Positions 11,397-33,500 of a stretch of DNA of 64,000 nt are shown piece by piece. The stretch lies in NCBI RefSeq assembly GCF_006345805.1, contig NC_043007.1:20336001-20400000 (forward strand), written 5' to 3'. Positions within the stretch are counted from its first letter, which is position 1; each line of letters starts with the position of its first letter. A program made the position numbers and the translations under genes. Source of the stretch: Octopus sinensis. Taxonomy: Eukaryota. The notes under the pieces are model-generated. The model did no database searches. It was not told the origin of the DNA and worked only from the letters and a program-made list of their open reading frames with translations.

Positions 11397-12652
11397 ATAT
11401 ATATATTATCCAACCATATCGTTCTTGGTCTACTCATAAGTCTTCTGTCAGTTGGCTCAGCTTGAAGGATCTATCCCGCGATTCTTTCCTGTAACAGTCA
11501 ACCACAGGTGCAGAGTACCAGAGCTGTGACCTCTTGATATGGAAAAGTAGTAGTTTGACCTAGTGAAATTCCATAATCTCTGAGCTACACCCCCTATCAA
11601 GCAACATTACTCCAGAAATCCTTCAGAGATACCACCCCACCAACATTTTGGATACCTGTATTCACAGTCAAACTCTTTTGGTCATTACCCATCATTCATG
11701 AGGAAAAGCAAGAAAACTAGATTGTTAAATCAAGTTTAACCCTATTGAGTCAAGTACATCAACATCAAAATAAATATCAACTGGAATTGTAGTTGTGATA
11801 CCTGTGCCGGTGGCACGTAGAAAGCACCATCCGAATGAGGTCGATGCCAGTGCCGCCTTGACTGGCTTCTGTGCTGGTGGCACGTAAAAAGCACCAACTG
11901 ATCGTGGCCGTTGCCAGCCTCCCCTGGCACCTGTGCTGATGGCACATAAAAAGCACCCACTATACTCACGGAGTGATTGGCATTAGGAAGGGCATCCAGC
12001 AGTAGAAACACTGCCAGATCAGACTGGAGCCTGGTGCAGCCTCCTGGCTTCCCAGACCTCGGTCGAACCGTCCAACCCATGCTAGCATGGAAAACAGACG
12101 TTAAACGATGATGATGATGATGATGATGACATTTGACTGTATCCATTCTACATGTTTTGTGTTCAAACTGACAATATCTGACTTAGATCTACCCTACAAT
12201 GTCATTCTAAAATTAAACAAACACAGCATCGAAATCCAAATGCTACAGTATAATGAATGATTAATGTGGTGCTAGTGGTGTTATGGGCTGTGATGAGCTA
12301 TGTGGTGTTGGTGGAGAGGATTGCTGATGAGGTAGACGGAAGTGAAGATTGCAGGGGCCTGTGGAACAGCCATGGGACATGCGTGGGCAGGAAGCACATG
12401 CGGACAGTTCAAGTTAGTGGTGGCGGTGGTTGCTTCTTTTTCTGTTTTCTTCTTCCTCCATCACACTACAATTCAAAACAATGCAAATAAACAGGCACTG
12501 CTTATGGACAAGGATAGCTGTGTAAAGAAAATGGTGGTGGCAGCAGTGGCGATGGTTGTGGTGGTGGCGGCAGTGGCGATGGTTGTGGTGGTGGTGATGA
12601 TGATGATTCTTATGCTTGTAATTCTTCAATTAAAAATAAATTACCTTCACTG

Positions 12653-21817
<9,165 letters not shown>

Positions 21818-24800
21818 AACCAAGCGTGTGACACAAACAGGGACATGCGTACTCTAAACCGGTGTAAGGAATGGTTTGCCTTTCTTTAAGACGTACTCTC
21901 TCTCACATAAGACCTTTGTTTAGAATTCTTATCAATATCGTCTTAAAAATTTAATTTGAGGCATTCTGAGTCCCATTTACCTCACGTGTATTTATTTACA
22001 TTTGAAGATCATCACTTTCCATAAAATTTTTATTTTTTTATATATGTGGGGGTTAGGGTTAGGGGTGGGGGAAGGGTATCTTTTTTTTTAATTCAGAAAT
22101 GTAAATAAACCCACGTGGGTTTACAAGTGACAGTCATGTTACTAGTAACGAATGATCGCCTAATTTGAATATAAAATTTTAAAAATTGTACTACAAATCC
22201 CCTATTTTAGCACAGGTTAAAACGAACAGCAAATTGGTCGTTATTAGAGAAAGATATTTTCTGCAAATATTTATGCAAGGAATATACTACTATAAATACT
22301 GCAATAAACAAAGATCCCCCAAATGCGCTCTTGGAGGGTCAGCCAACCAAACAGCAACAACAAATAATAATATTTTATGGGTGGAAAACGTTTTAGAGCT
22401 AAAAAATAATTACCTTCACCGGTTAGAACATTAATTTGTTAAACGATGGTTCATTGGCTCGATTTAAGTATAAAAGTTTGTTTCCACCAATCAACACGTT
22501 CCTTTGATAATATCCTCATAGCAAAATCGGACAAGTTGCTTGGCATGGTCCTAGGGTTTAATATTGTCCGGGAAATGTTAAAAAATAGATAGCCTCACCT
22601 TTATACTAGCTCATATACCACATTACTAATTTAAGACTGGACCATGATTGAATAGAAGCTTTGTGAGTAAGCATACATTGCTGTGTATTTATAATTGAAG
22701 TCTTTGTTACGAATGGAAATTCGTTCTGATTGCACGCCTTCATCTCTTTCGATGAGACTCAAGCGTCTGCTCCATTTACCTTTTCTCCCCTCATCTTATT
22801 GATTTTTGTCTTCCAACATAGGTTACATAAAGATTATTCATATCTTTATTTACATTCTTACCTTTCCATTGTTTACAAACTTAAAATTATTATTTTTTTC
22901 AATTAAATACTTCATCGATACAAATATTAAAAGCCAAAATTCATCCAAAATTCGGAACCACTCCAGCCATTAATTCATTTGCTTTGCTTCTGAACTAATT
23001 GTTTATATTACTTTCTTTAAAGTTTCATATTCTATAGCCGCCTTATTATCTATATACCTAAAGCAGATGCTAGCTGCTTCACCTTATTCGCTCATATATT
23101 TATAATTCTTGTTTGAAATGAAATTTATTTCATTAACTCGAATAATAGTTGTATGTGTTTATTTAGAATGCTTATTTATGCGATTCTTCCAACGTTCTCC
23201 TAATTATGATCAGTTGTTCTCTAGTCTCATATCAACAACTCAATATAATACTAATGCATGCATTTTCAGTTTTGGATCTCATTGTGGTTGCATTAGTATA
23301 GTTTACTATTGAACAAGTCGATATATAGTTACAATATATTATATTAGCAAACACCTACTGTTGAATTTTGAAAATGTAATTAATCTTTCAAAACACTCAA
23401 GTTATATATATATATATATATATATGTTTTGTTCTTTTTTCTTTTTCTTTTGTCTTGCTCGATTACGTTTTTGGTTGTTTTGCTAAATGTTTCTTGAGAA
23501 CATTTCTTAGTGGTAAGACCATAGCGGATCTATTTCTAGCATAAGGGTGTCCACATAATGGTTTCCCTCTAATATGTATATGTATATATATATATATAAT
23601 ACAATAATGTGCGCACCAGAAGTGTTTTCTAACTAAATGTTCTCTTATGAGCTGTTTGTTGTGATATTTTGTCCTTATTTCCTTGTTTAGTTTTTGTAAT
23701 CATAACATAATTTTCGATTTATAATCCTTATTTATACTCCAACTTTCCTTTATTGAATTGTTGACTGTCTTTATATATATATATATATATATATACACAC
23801 TTCAAGATATGTCTGGCGATTCGCTGTCGACAAACATTACATAGGTTTGGGGATTTTTTTTTTCTGACTATCTTCCTTGAACTTTCCTTTTTCTTCGTGT
23901 CTTATACTTTTTCGGTTAATTACATCATACTATGTTGGTGTAATCTCAAAGACTTACTACTGAATATTTTACTGGTCATATTGCTTTATATTCAGGCCAG
24001 TGTTGCTTTTCGTGTCTATCTTCAGTATAAAAAAGAGAAAGAGAGAGAAAGAAAGAAATCTCATCAAGCATCTATTCCATCTAGTATTTAATGTATATAC
24101 ATCTAAATAAATATTTTCGCTTACATCACGCACCTCGAGATCACATTTAATGTTTAGAATTCGAGGGTTTTTCTTTGGTATGAAAATGCTTTTTTTTTTT
24201 TTTTTTTTGCCTTTTCTGATTTTATTCTTTACAACTGAAGTGAAACTATTCGAAAGGTTTAATTACGAAAATTGGTTTCATTTCCCTCTTACATTTGTAA
24301 ATATTCCCATTAATGTGTACTATTTCTTCAGATATTTACTGTTAAAATTGACTTTATGAGAACGATTTGATTGCCTCGAGCAAAGACTAACAAAAATATC
24401 AAACTTTATTTTCATCACGACTGTATTTTGCTGTTTTTTTACTTTTTTTTTTTAGTATGGGAATTGTTCTTAAGTATATCAACTGCTATAGAAAGATTAT
24501 ATTTGTACATAATTTCATAATTCTTCTTGTAGGCACCAATCCATTGAGTTACTTAGGAATAGCGGAAGGAAACCTTGCGGCCGACTACGCAAAGAAAATA
24601 GCAAAATAGTAACAGCAAAGGAATTTTTTTCACGGAAAGAAGAGAAAAAACAAAGGTTTGTTAATTCAAAACCATTTTATAAGTTGGTTGTGTTACTATG
24701 CCCTTGATGAAACGCCAAATTCTGCTTGCTCCAGTTGCTATGGTTGAACGAAAAAATAGGATCCAGTCTTATTTAAAAGTTACAGGGAAACTCGCTCCAA

Positions 24801-26658
24801 CATAAAAGCGATCTCAACCAGGCATGTGAAAACCTATTACAAAACAGAAAATGCTGCTCCTATCACCTTAGCTTCTCTAACATTTTCTTACGGACACGCG
24901 GAATCCCTATTTTTCATGTTTGTCACGTTTTTGGTAGCATCATGCCTTGGTTGTGTGTTTTTAATATACTACTGAAACTAGGATAGCAGTATGACAGTAT
25001 ATATGCAAAAATATTCACAAATAGATCGAGATATGATTGGTTTAGCAGTCGAGATTTGATTGGTTTTCAAAAAACAAAAAACCGCTTCACATTCTCATTT
25101 GTTCAATACCATGTGCAGAGACACGTGATATTTGCACCTATCCAACCGAGAAAAACGTGATATTTTCAATTATTTATCATATGCAAAAGACACTGATCAG
25201 GCGAAGTGGCTCTTGTTGAATAATAAATTAATGTTTATGAAGTATAGTAGAAGCTTTCACAGTATGGAAAATCTATTGTGTAGGAATAAAATTTGCTAGC
25301 CAAGTCATTGTTGGAAATTCCACAATAAAAAGTGATGGGAATTTCTACAAGAATTGACCAATGCCAGTCTTTTGTTCAAGACTACAACAGGCTTCAATAC
25401 AAAGTTATATTTCTCCAAAAAATAGAGATAGTACCTTTTGAAACTACTACCATAGGGAAACATATACTACAATGGACCATTTGATTTCAAATTGTTAATA
25501 ATATCATTGAATAGTTTTTTGTATCTGGCACTTGTGCCCGTGCTAGTAGGGTGCCAAGTGCACCATCCAAGCGTGATCGTTGCCAGAGTGGCTAACTGGC
25601 TTCCGTCCCGGTGGCACATATAAGGCAACATTCAAGCGTGATCGTTACCAGCATCACCTTAGTGGCACCTGTGTCGGTGACATGTGTAAAAAGATTCGAG
25701 CGAGGTTGTTGCCAGTACTGTCTGACTGGCCCCCGTGCCAGTGGCACGTAAAAGCACCCACTACATTCTTGGAGTGGTTGGCGTTAGGAAGGGCATCCAG
25801 CTGTAGAAACTCTGTCAGATCAAGATTGGAGCCTGGTGCAGCCATCTGGTTCGCCAGCCCTCAGTCAAAATTGTCCAACCCATGCTAGCATGGAAAGCGA
25901 ACGTAAAATGATGATGATGATGATCATCATCATCATCCTTTAAATCCCAGATGTATTTGGACAATGAAGTTTTTATTGCAACTGTAGCTCATCTTAATGT
26001 TTTTTTTATTAAAGATCTTATGATATCTATGGTCTATGAGAAATGTTTCTCATTCACATTGTTTTGAATAAATCCTGCATTATCTTGTAACTTTGAGGTT
26101 TTGATGATATGATTGTTTACTTTTGAAATGACATTGTAGGGCAGGTGTGAGAAGCCAGATTTAGTTGGTTCGAGCGTTAAAGAAGAGGAATATTTGGGCC
26201 AGATATGGCCAGTTTAAATGCTAAGAGTTAAAGTTTCTGTCTTTTAACAAATGTTATTGTATTAATAAGCATCACAATTTAAAGAACTCTTCATCACAGA
26301 ATAAGTAAAATCCTCTGATATTAAGTTTTTAGAATTATTAGGGGATGATTGGAAATTATATCAGTAGGCTGCAATAGGGGAAGTATTTACCATTATCTAA
26401 ACTGAAAGTCCATATTGGGAGATCTTCTAAATTTGGGTCCTTATGAGGTCTTTTGGGGTCTTTTAGGTCTAAATTGGAGAATTATCGCAGACGTTTCCAT
26501 CTCTATTGAGAATGGTCTTACTACTTCAGTATAGTTGTTTGCATTATATAATTCTCTCACAAGGCTTTTGGCAGCCTGTGGGTATAGTGGAAGACACTTG
26601 CTGAAGGTGCCATGTAGTGGGACTGAAACCCAAAATATGTGGTTAGGAAGCACATTTA

Positions 26659-27101
26659 TGTATATATGTGTATATATGTATGTATATATGTATGTATATA
26701 TGTATATATATATATGTATATATATATGTATATATATATATATATATGAATATATATATGTATATATATATATGAATATATGTATCTATATATATATGTA
26801 TATGTATGTATATATATATGTATATATATGTGTATATATATGAATATATATATGTGTATATATATGAATATATATATGTATATATATATGTATATATATG
26901 AATATATATATGTATATATATATGTATATATATGAATATATATATGTATATATATATATATGAATATATATATGTATATATATATATATGAATATATATA
27001 TGTATATATATATATATGAATATATATATGTATATATATGTATATATATATGTATATATATATGTGTGTATATATATGTGTGTATATATATATGTATATA
27101 T
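26659..27101. repeat. Compound (TA)n/(TATG)/(TATATGAA) microsatellite
   Basis: Read directly. Confidence 0.97.
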
Positions 27102-27426
27102 CATCATTTAAGTTTGCTTTCCATGCTGGCATGGGTTGGACGGTTTGACTGAGGACTGGCGAGCCAGATGGCTGCTCTTGCAACGATCACGCTCGTATGA
27201 TGCTCTTAATACCCTACTTTCTCTGTGTGTGTGTGTGTGTGTGCCTTTGGTGCCAAAATGTAGTCTGCAAAGCATGATCTTTGTCCACTCAGCCATACCA
27301 AATCACCAGCATCCAAACAGCTGCACCCTATCGTCTCATTCCAGTTAGTTATACACAATACCATTACATTCCTTATTGTTATATACCATTTTAAGAAATT
27401 CTGCTCCCTATTGATTTCCCTTCCAG

Positions 27427-27522
27427 ATGGTGAAAGCTGCATATGATCCTGTGCGTAAACTGCCTCGCTATTTGCGAACAGAAGACCTTCCAGTACACAC
27501 TTTTACACCCCAAACATATCAA
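27427..27522 (+). CDS. DICER1: Dicer coding exon 1
   Basis: ttccag|ATG: [32 protein letters not shown]|gtaagt (equivalent of TPRxYQ). The ATG directly follows an acceptor, implying an upstream UTR exon. Confidence 0.85.
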
Positions 27523-30500
27523 GTAAGTCACTGATTTGTTTCATAGTCAATTGTTTGCTAATATTATTTCTTTATTGCCCACAAGGGGCTAAACACAGAG
27601 GGGACAAACAAGGACAGACAAAGGGATTAAGTCGATTACATCGACCCCAGTGCGTAACTGGTACTTAATTTATCGACACCGAAAGGATGAAAGGCAAAGT
27701 CGATCTCAGCAGAATTTGAACTCAGAACGTAGCGGCAGACGAATACCTATTTCTTTACTACCCACAAGGGGATAAACACAGAGGGGACAAACAAGGACAG
27801 ACAAAGGGATTAAGTCAATTACATCGACCCCAGTGCGTAACTGGTACTTAATTTATCGACCCCGAAAGGATGAAAGGCAAAGTCGATCTCAGCGGAATTT
27901 GAACTCAGAACGTAGCGGCAGACGAATACCTATTTCTTTACTACCCACAAGGGGATAAACACAGAGGGGACAAACAAGGACAGACAAAGGGATTAAGTCG
28001 ATTACATCGACCCCAGTGCGTAACTGGTACTTAATTTATCGGCCCCGAAAGGATGAAAGGCAAAGTCGACCTTGGCGGAATTTGAACTCAGAACGTAGCA
28101 GCAGACGAAATACCGCTAAGCGTTTCGCCCGAGGTGCTAACGTTTCTGCCAGCTCGCCGCCTTTTGTTTGCTAATATGAAGTCAAATATTAGGAAGTTTT
28201 ATATGTGTGTGTGTTTCTTTTAATAGTTGTCTGAGAAGAACCGGCATAGTATCTCATCCATGCATATTGATAGTTGCAGTGTATTAGCAAAATAAGTTCC
28301 ACAGTGAAAGGGTAAAAATATCTAATGCTACCTTTAGTTAACCCCTTTTGTTACCATATTTCTGATGATAATCCCTTCCTCTGTTTTAGTTAATTCTCAA
28401 AATAAAAACACACGAAACCCGTTAGATTCACTTCAACGTTTGAATTTAATTTGCCAAAATATTTTCATCACTTTGAGACCGTGACCTATTCACTGACAAA
28501 ATCCTGTGCTGCAGCTTGTCAGTGAACATGTCACGGTCTCAAAGCACCGAAAATATTTTGGTAAATTTAAATGTTGAAGAGAATCTAACGGTTTTTGTGT
28601 GTTTTTAAATGGCTTATAAGCACCTTCCACACTGCAATTGTTTTTGCTTCAGCACAAAATAATAAAGAATTTTAAAAAATAAATAAATAAATGCGTCCTT
28701 TTAAAGCCTAGCCAGGATCATGATCCCGGTTTCCTGGTTTCTATGGAGTATGTGTTCCCCAGCTGGATGTGATGCCAGTCCAATGCAGCGTTACTCATTT
28801 TTGCAATGTGAAATGAAGTGTTTTGCTCAAGAACACAACACATTGCCCGGTCCAGGAATCGAAACCACAATCTTACGATCATGATGCTGACACCCTAACC
28901 ACTAAGCCATGTGCCTCTACAATAAAGAATTTAGGAAAATAAATTCTCTCAGTAATAGACACAAGGCCTGAAATTTTGGAGGAAGAGGGAAGAATTTAGG
29001 AAAATAAATTGATAGACAAATAGATAGATCGATAGACAGACAGATTGATTTCTTTACTGGCCACACAGGGCTAAACACAGAAGGGACAAAATACAAAGTA
29101 GAGCTTTTCTTTTTGGGAAGAAGAGAAGGGAAAAAAACAAAGAAAAAGGTGGGGATGAATTCTGATCAAAAGGGATCGTGAAAAAAAGAAGCGGGGGGGC
29201 AATTCCGATCAAAAGGGATCGTGGGGAAAAAAAGTGGGGCCGATCAATAGAGATCGTGTATCACAGTATTGTCAATGTAAAAAAGGGAGAACAGATTAGG
29301 TTTGTCCGTGGATAGAAAAGCTTATGGAAAAGACCACAGGAACCTTGGGCAATAGTGTCCTGCAAAAAAAAACACATTACAGTAAATGGCTCTCTTTATT
29401 CCTTTTGTTTTTCTTTTTTTTTTCTTTTGGTTCATAGGATTATGCTCAAGCTAGATAGGTTGATAGATAGATATAAATATTGCATGTCTTATAATCTCAT
29501 TTTCCTTTATTTAGCTGGAGTTGCTGGATGCTGCCTTACATCAAAACACAATAGTATGTGTGAATTCACCTCCTGGGAAAACATTTATTGCAGTCATGCT
29601 TATCAAAGAAATGGCTATACAAATAAGACCAATGGTACCTGATATTGCTAAACGCAAGTTTACAGTATTTCTAGTATCATCAGGTGAGTTTAATCTATGT
29701 TATACACCTATATCTCTTGATGACCGATTCTAGCAATGGAGACTCCTTCTCTCACTCTTTCTCTGTGTGTGTGTATGTGTGTGCATGCGCATATGTGTAT
29801 CATCATCATCATCATCATCGTTTAACGTCCATTTTCCATGCTAGCATGGGTTGGATGATTTGACTAAGGTCTGGAAAGCCAGGAGGCTGCACCAGGCTCC
29901 AGTCTGATCTGGCAGTGTTTCTACAGCTGGATGCCCTTCACATAATGGTTGCAAATAAACATCACTGTCACACAAGTGATGCTGCTCATTTTCAGTCCAT
30001 TTTTGAAAAGATGGTTGACAACAGGAAAGGCATTCGGCCCTAGAAAATCTATCTCAGCAAATTACCAAATTCCATCTGACCCATTCAAGCATGGAAAATT
30101 GAACAGTACAATGATGACGATAGTGGTGGTGGTGGTGGTGATGATGACAATAATGATGATGATGATGATAATGATAATGACAGCATGTTGTCCTTTTTCT
30201 TTTCTTTTTGACTATTACTCTCAGCTATGGTCACCATCCAGTGTCAAGTTAATCACAGAACTTGAGGTGATCCAACGAAGCTACACGAAGAAGATAGCCT
30301 CTGTGCAGCATATAAGCTACTGGGAAAGACTCAAGAGATTAAGACTCTATTCCTTAGAGCATAGGCGAGAAAGATATGCCATAATATACATCTGGAAGAT
30401 CCTAGGACTTGTCCCAAACTTTGGCATCGAGAGTTACACAAATACTAGAACTGGGTGCTACTGCATAGTGCCTAGGACTCCAAATTTGCCATCAAGATGT

Positions 30501-33500
30501 AGGACAAGATACTGTGATAGCCTGGGCTTCAGAGGTCCACAGCTCTTCAATATCCTCCCGAAGAACCTGAGAGACCTGAATGGGGTGGATGCAGTTGTCT
30601 TTAAAATAAAACTAGATCTCTTCCTGTCAGGTGTCCCAGATGAACCAACTTCACGGCAGGAGGTGCAGATGAGGGCAGCTGCATCGAACTCTCTCATGCA
30701 CCAAATGGCAATTGCTAAAAAGCACTCGTGAAGTAAAATCATGTAGCAACACCAAATGGCAGTGCCCCAGCATGGCCACAGCTCGTGAGCTGAAACTAGA
30801 TAAAATGAAATGAAATGAAATCCTAATCTGATGTTCTGAAAACCATTTTGATGTCTTTTTTTATTTTTTCTTTGTCTTTCAGTCAATGTAGAGTCACAGG
30901 CCAAAGTCGTCTGCCATCATACAGACCTGTCAGTCGGTTATTACACTGATGATACAGAAATAACAGCCGATCAGGCTGATAAATGGATTCCAGAACTGCT
31001 GACACATCAAGTGTTTGTTACAACAGCTTCAGTTTTTCTCAACATTCTACAGTGTGAATTCTTATCACTTAATCAAGTAAACCTTCTTCTTATTGACGAG
31101 TGTTCCGATATCTGTGTTAGTGAGTCACATAAAGAGGTGAGTGAAGTTACTTTCATTTCGTATTTTGTAAAGCATGAAGACACATGTACTTAAAATCATT
31201 TGTTAAAATGTTCAAAAGTATTATAGGTGCAAAGAAGTACCGAAGACATCCTTGTTTTTATTTCTTATTCTTTTATTTCATTGTTTATTGTTTGTTTGTT
31301 ACAGTCATTGAACTCTCATTGAGCTCTCATTGAACAGACCTATTCTCAAAGGAGGAATCATGGCTGTATCATTGAAAAGTTCAGTCCCGAAGTACTCTGT
31401 GTTTTCTACTATATCCTGAGGTTGACCAAAGCCTTATAAGTGGATTTGGGAGACAAAAACTGAGAAAAAGGTTATCGTATATGATAAGGGTGCTAAAATT
31501 TTTATATGTATATATGTATATGATGATGTCGCCATGATAGATCAGTAGCCACTACACACATTTTTTTTCTTTCTTTGTTTCTCTCCTTGTTTTTTTCTGT
31601 GTCCCTCTCTGTAGAAGAGCATAGGCTCGAAATGTAAAAAACTTATTCAATTCCCGAGTGTTATACTAATACATCTGTTTGTTTTTTTACACAACCTGCC
31701 ATGGTCTTTTGTTTTTTTTGTGAACTCTCCCCATATGGTAATGTCATATGTATATGATAGGGGTGGCTGGTTTTTGGATAAAAGAAAATACAGAAGGATC
31801 AGTTAATTATGATTTTATTCAACATATTCCCCTCTCAGATTCACACACTTATTGCAACCGTCCCTCAGTTTTTCTAAGCCCTGTAAAAGAACTCAGAAGG
31901 TTGAGCCTCCAACCAGGCCTTTCACGATACCCTTAAAATCAGGAACTTTTCAGTATTCCCTCATATATCTTTGTCTTAAAAATTATTTATACTCAATTGA
32001 TTTATTCATTTATTGATTTATATTTTTTAGGTAATGAAAATCTATGAAAAATGTGAAAAAAATTTACAGCCTCGAATTGTTGTGTTGACTGCAGTTTTGC
32101 TGTCTAGTAAATGTCGAGACCCTAACGAACTAGAAAACACCATCAACAAATTAGAGTCCATATTTCACTCAGTTGCTGAGACATCAACTTTAGTTTTCTC
32201 TGAACGCCATGGCACCAGCCCCAAAGAAAATGTGCTGGAATGTAATAGTGACTTTGATGAGATCCAGCAAATGCCAGAAGTTTCTATGATCCTGCAAGAA
32301 TCTTTATTTTTTATCGACGAATGTATCCTTTCTGAGAAGGAGAAAGAAAATATTAAAGATCCTCTGCAAGTTCCTCGCACAGCTCTTGCTCAGTGTCTTA
32401 ACATACTCGATGTCCTAGGACCATGGTGTGCCAATCACATAGCAGAAATGTTTATTAAACAGTTAGAAAAAATTATTGGACATGAACAGTCAGAAATTGG
32501 TAAGCTGCTACTACGTTACACAACAACTCAACTCAGGATTGTGACCAAAACATTTGAGAAGTTATTCAACATTGATTATTGTATTGATGACTTTTTACCG
32601 TTTCTTACTCCGAAAGTTATTAAATTGGTGAATATTCTGCGTGGTTATAAACCAGAATTTGAGTTTGTAATTTTGAGAGATGAAAATGCTGATGGAATGG
32701 AACATTCCGATGACGACACGATGGACGATCTATCTGACTCCGACAGTGATGACTACGTTAATTCATCTCACCACAAGAACGACTTACATATCACTTTGAA
32801 ACACCCAGCTGCTGCTCGAGCAGAGTATTCCGACTCCGATCCTTTGGAACAGGAAGAAGAAAAGAGATTATGTGGACTTATTTTCGTTGATTGCAAATAT
32901 GTCGCGTATGCGTTAAATAAGGTAATTGAAGAGATCTGCGCGTGGGATGAGAATATGTGCTTTGTTAAGAACGGACACATCACTGGTTATAAGTACGGAG
33001 CTAAGAGAGAATCCACGACCTTCCGGAAGCATGAAGAGGTTTTACGTAAATTCCGAATGCAGGAGATCAACGTATTGGTAGCGACGTCTAACTTTGAAGA
33101 ATGTATTGACATACCAAAGTGTAATTTGGTTGTTTGCTTTGATCCACCGAAAGACTACAAGTCTTATAGTCAGTCAAAGGTAACGTTTCACTTTTCATTA
33201 AATGCCAATTGTTATATCATGGACTCTGCTCTCTTTACTCTTATGCTTGTTTCAGTCATTTGACTGCGGCCATGCTGGAGCACCGCCTTTAATCGAGCAA
33301 CTCGACCCCCGGGACTTATTCTTTTGTAAGCCCAGTACTTATTCTGTCGGTCTCTTTTTCCCGAACCGCTAAGTAACGGGGACAGAAACACACCAGCATC
33401 GGTTGTCAAGCAATGCTAGGGGGACAAACACAGACACACAAACACACACACGCATATATATATATATACATATATACGACGGGCTTCTGTTGTTGTTGTT

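Noticed and set aside
26535-27183. YI-repeat ORFs
   Set aside because: (TA)-rich microsatellite artefacts.
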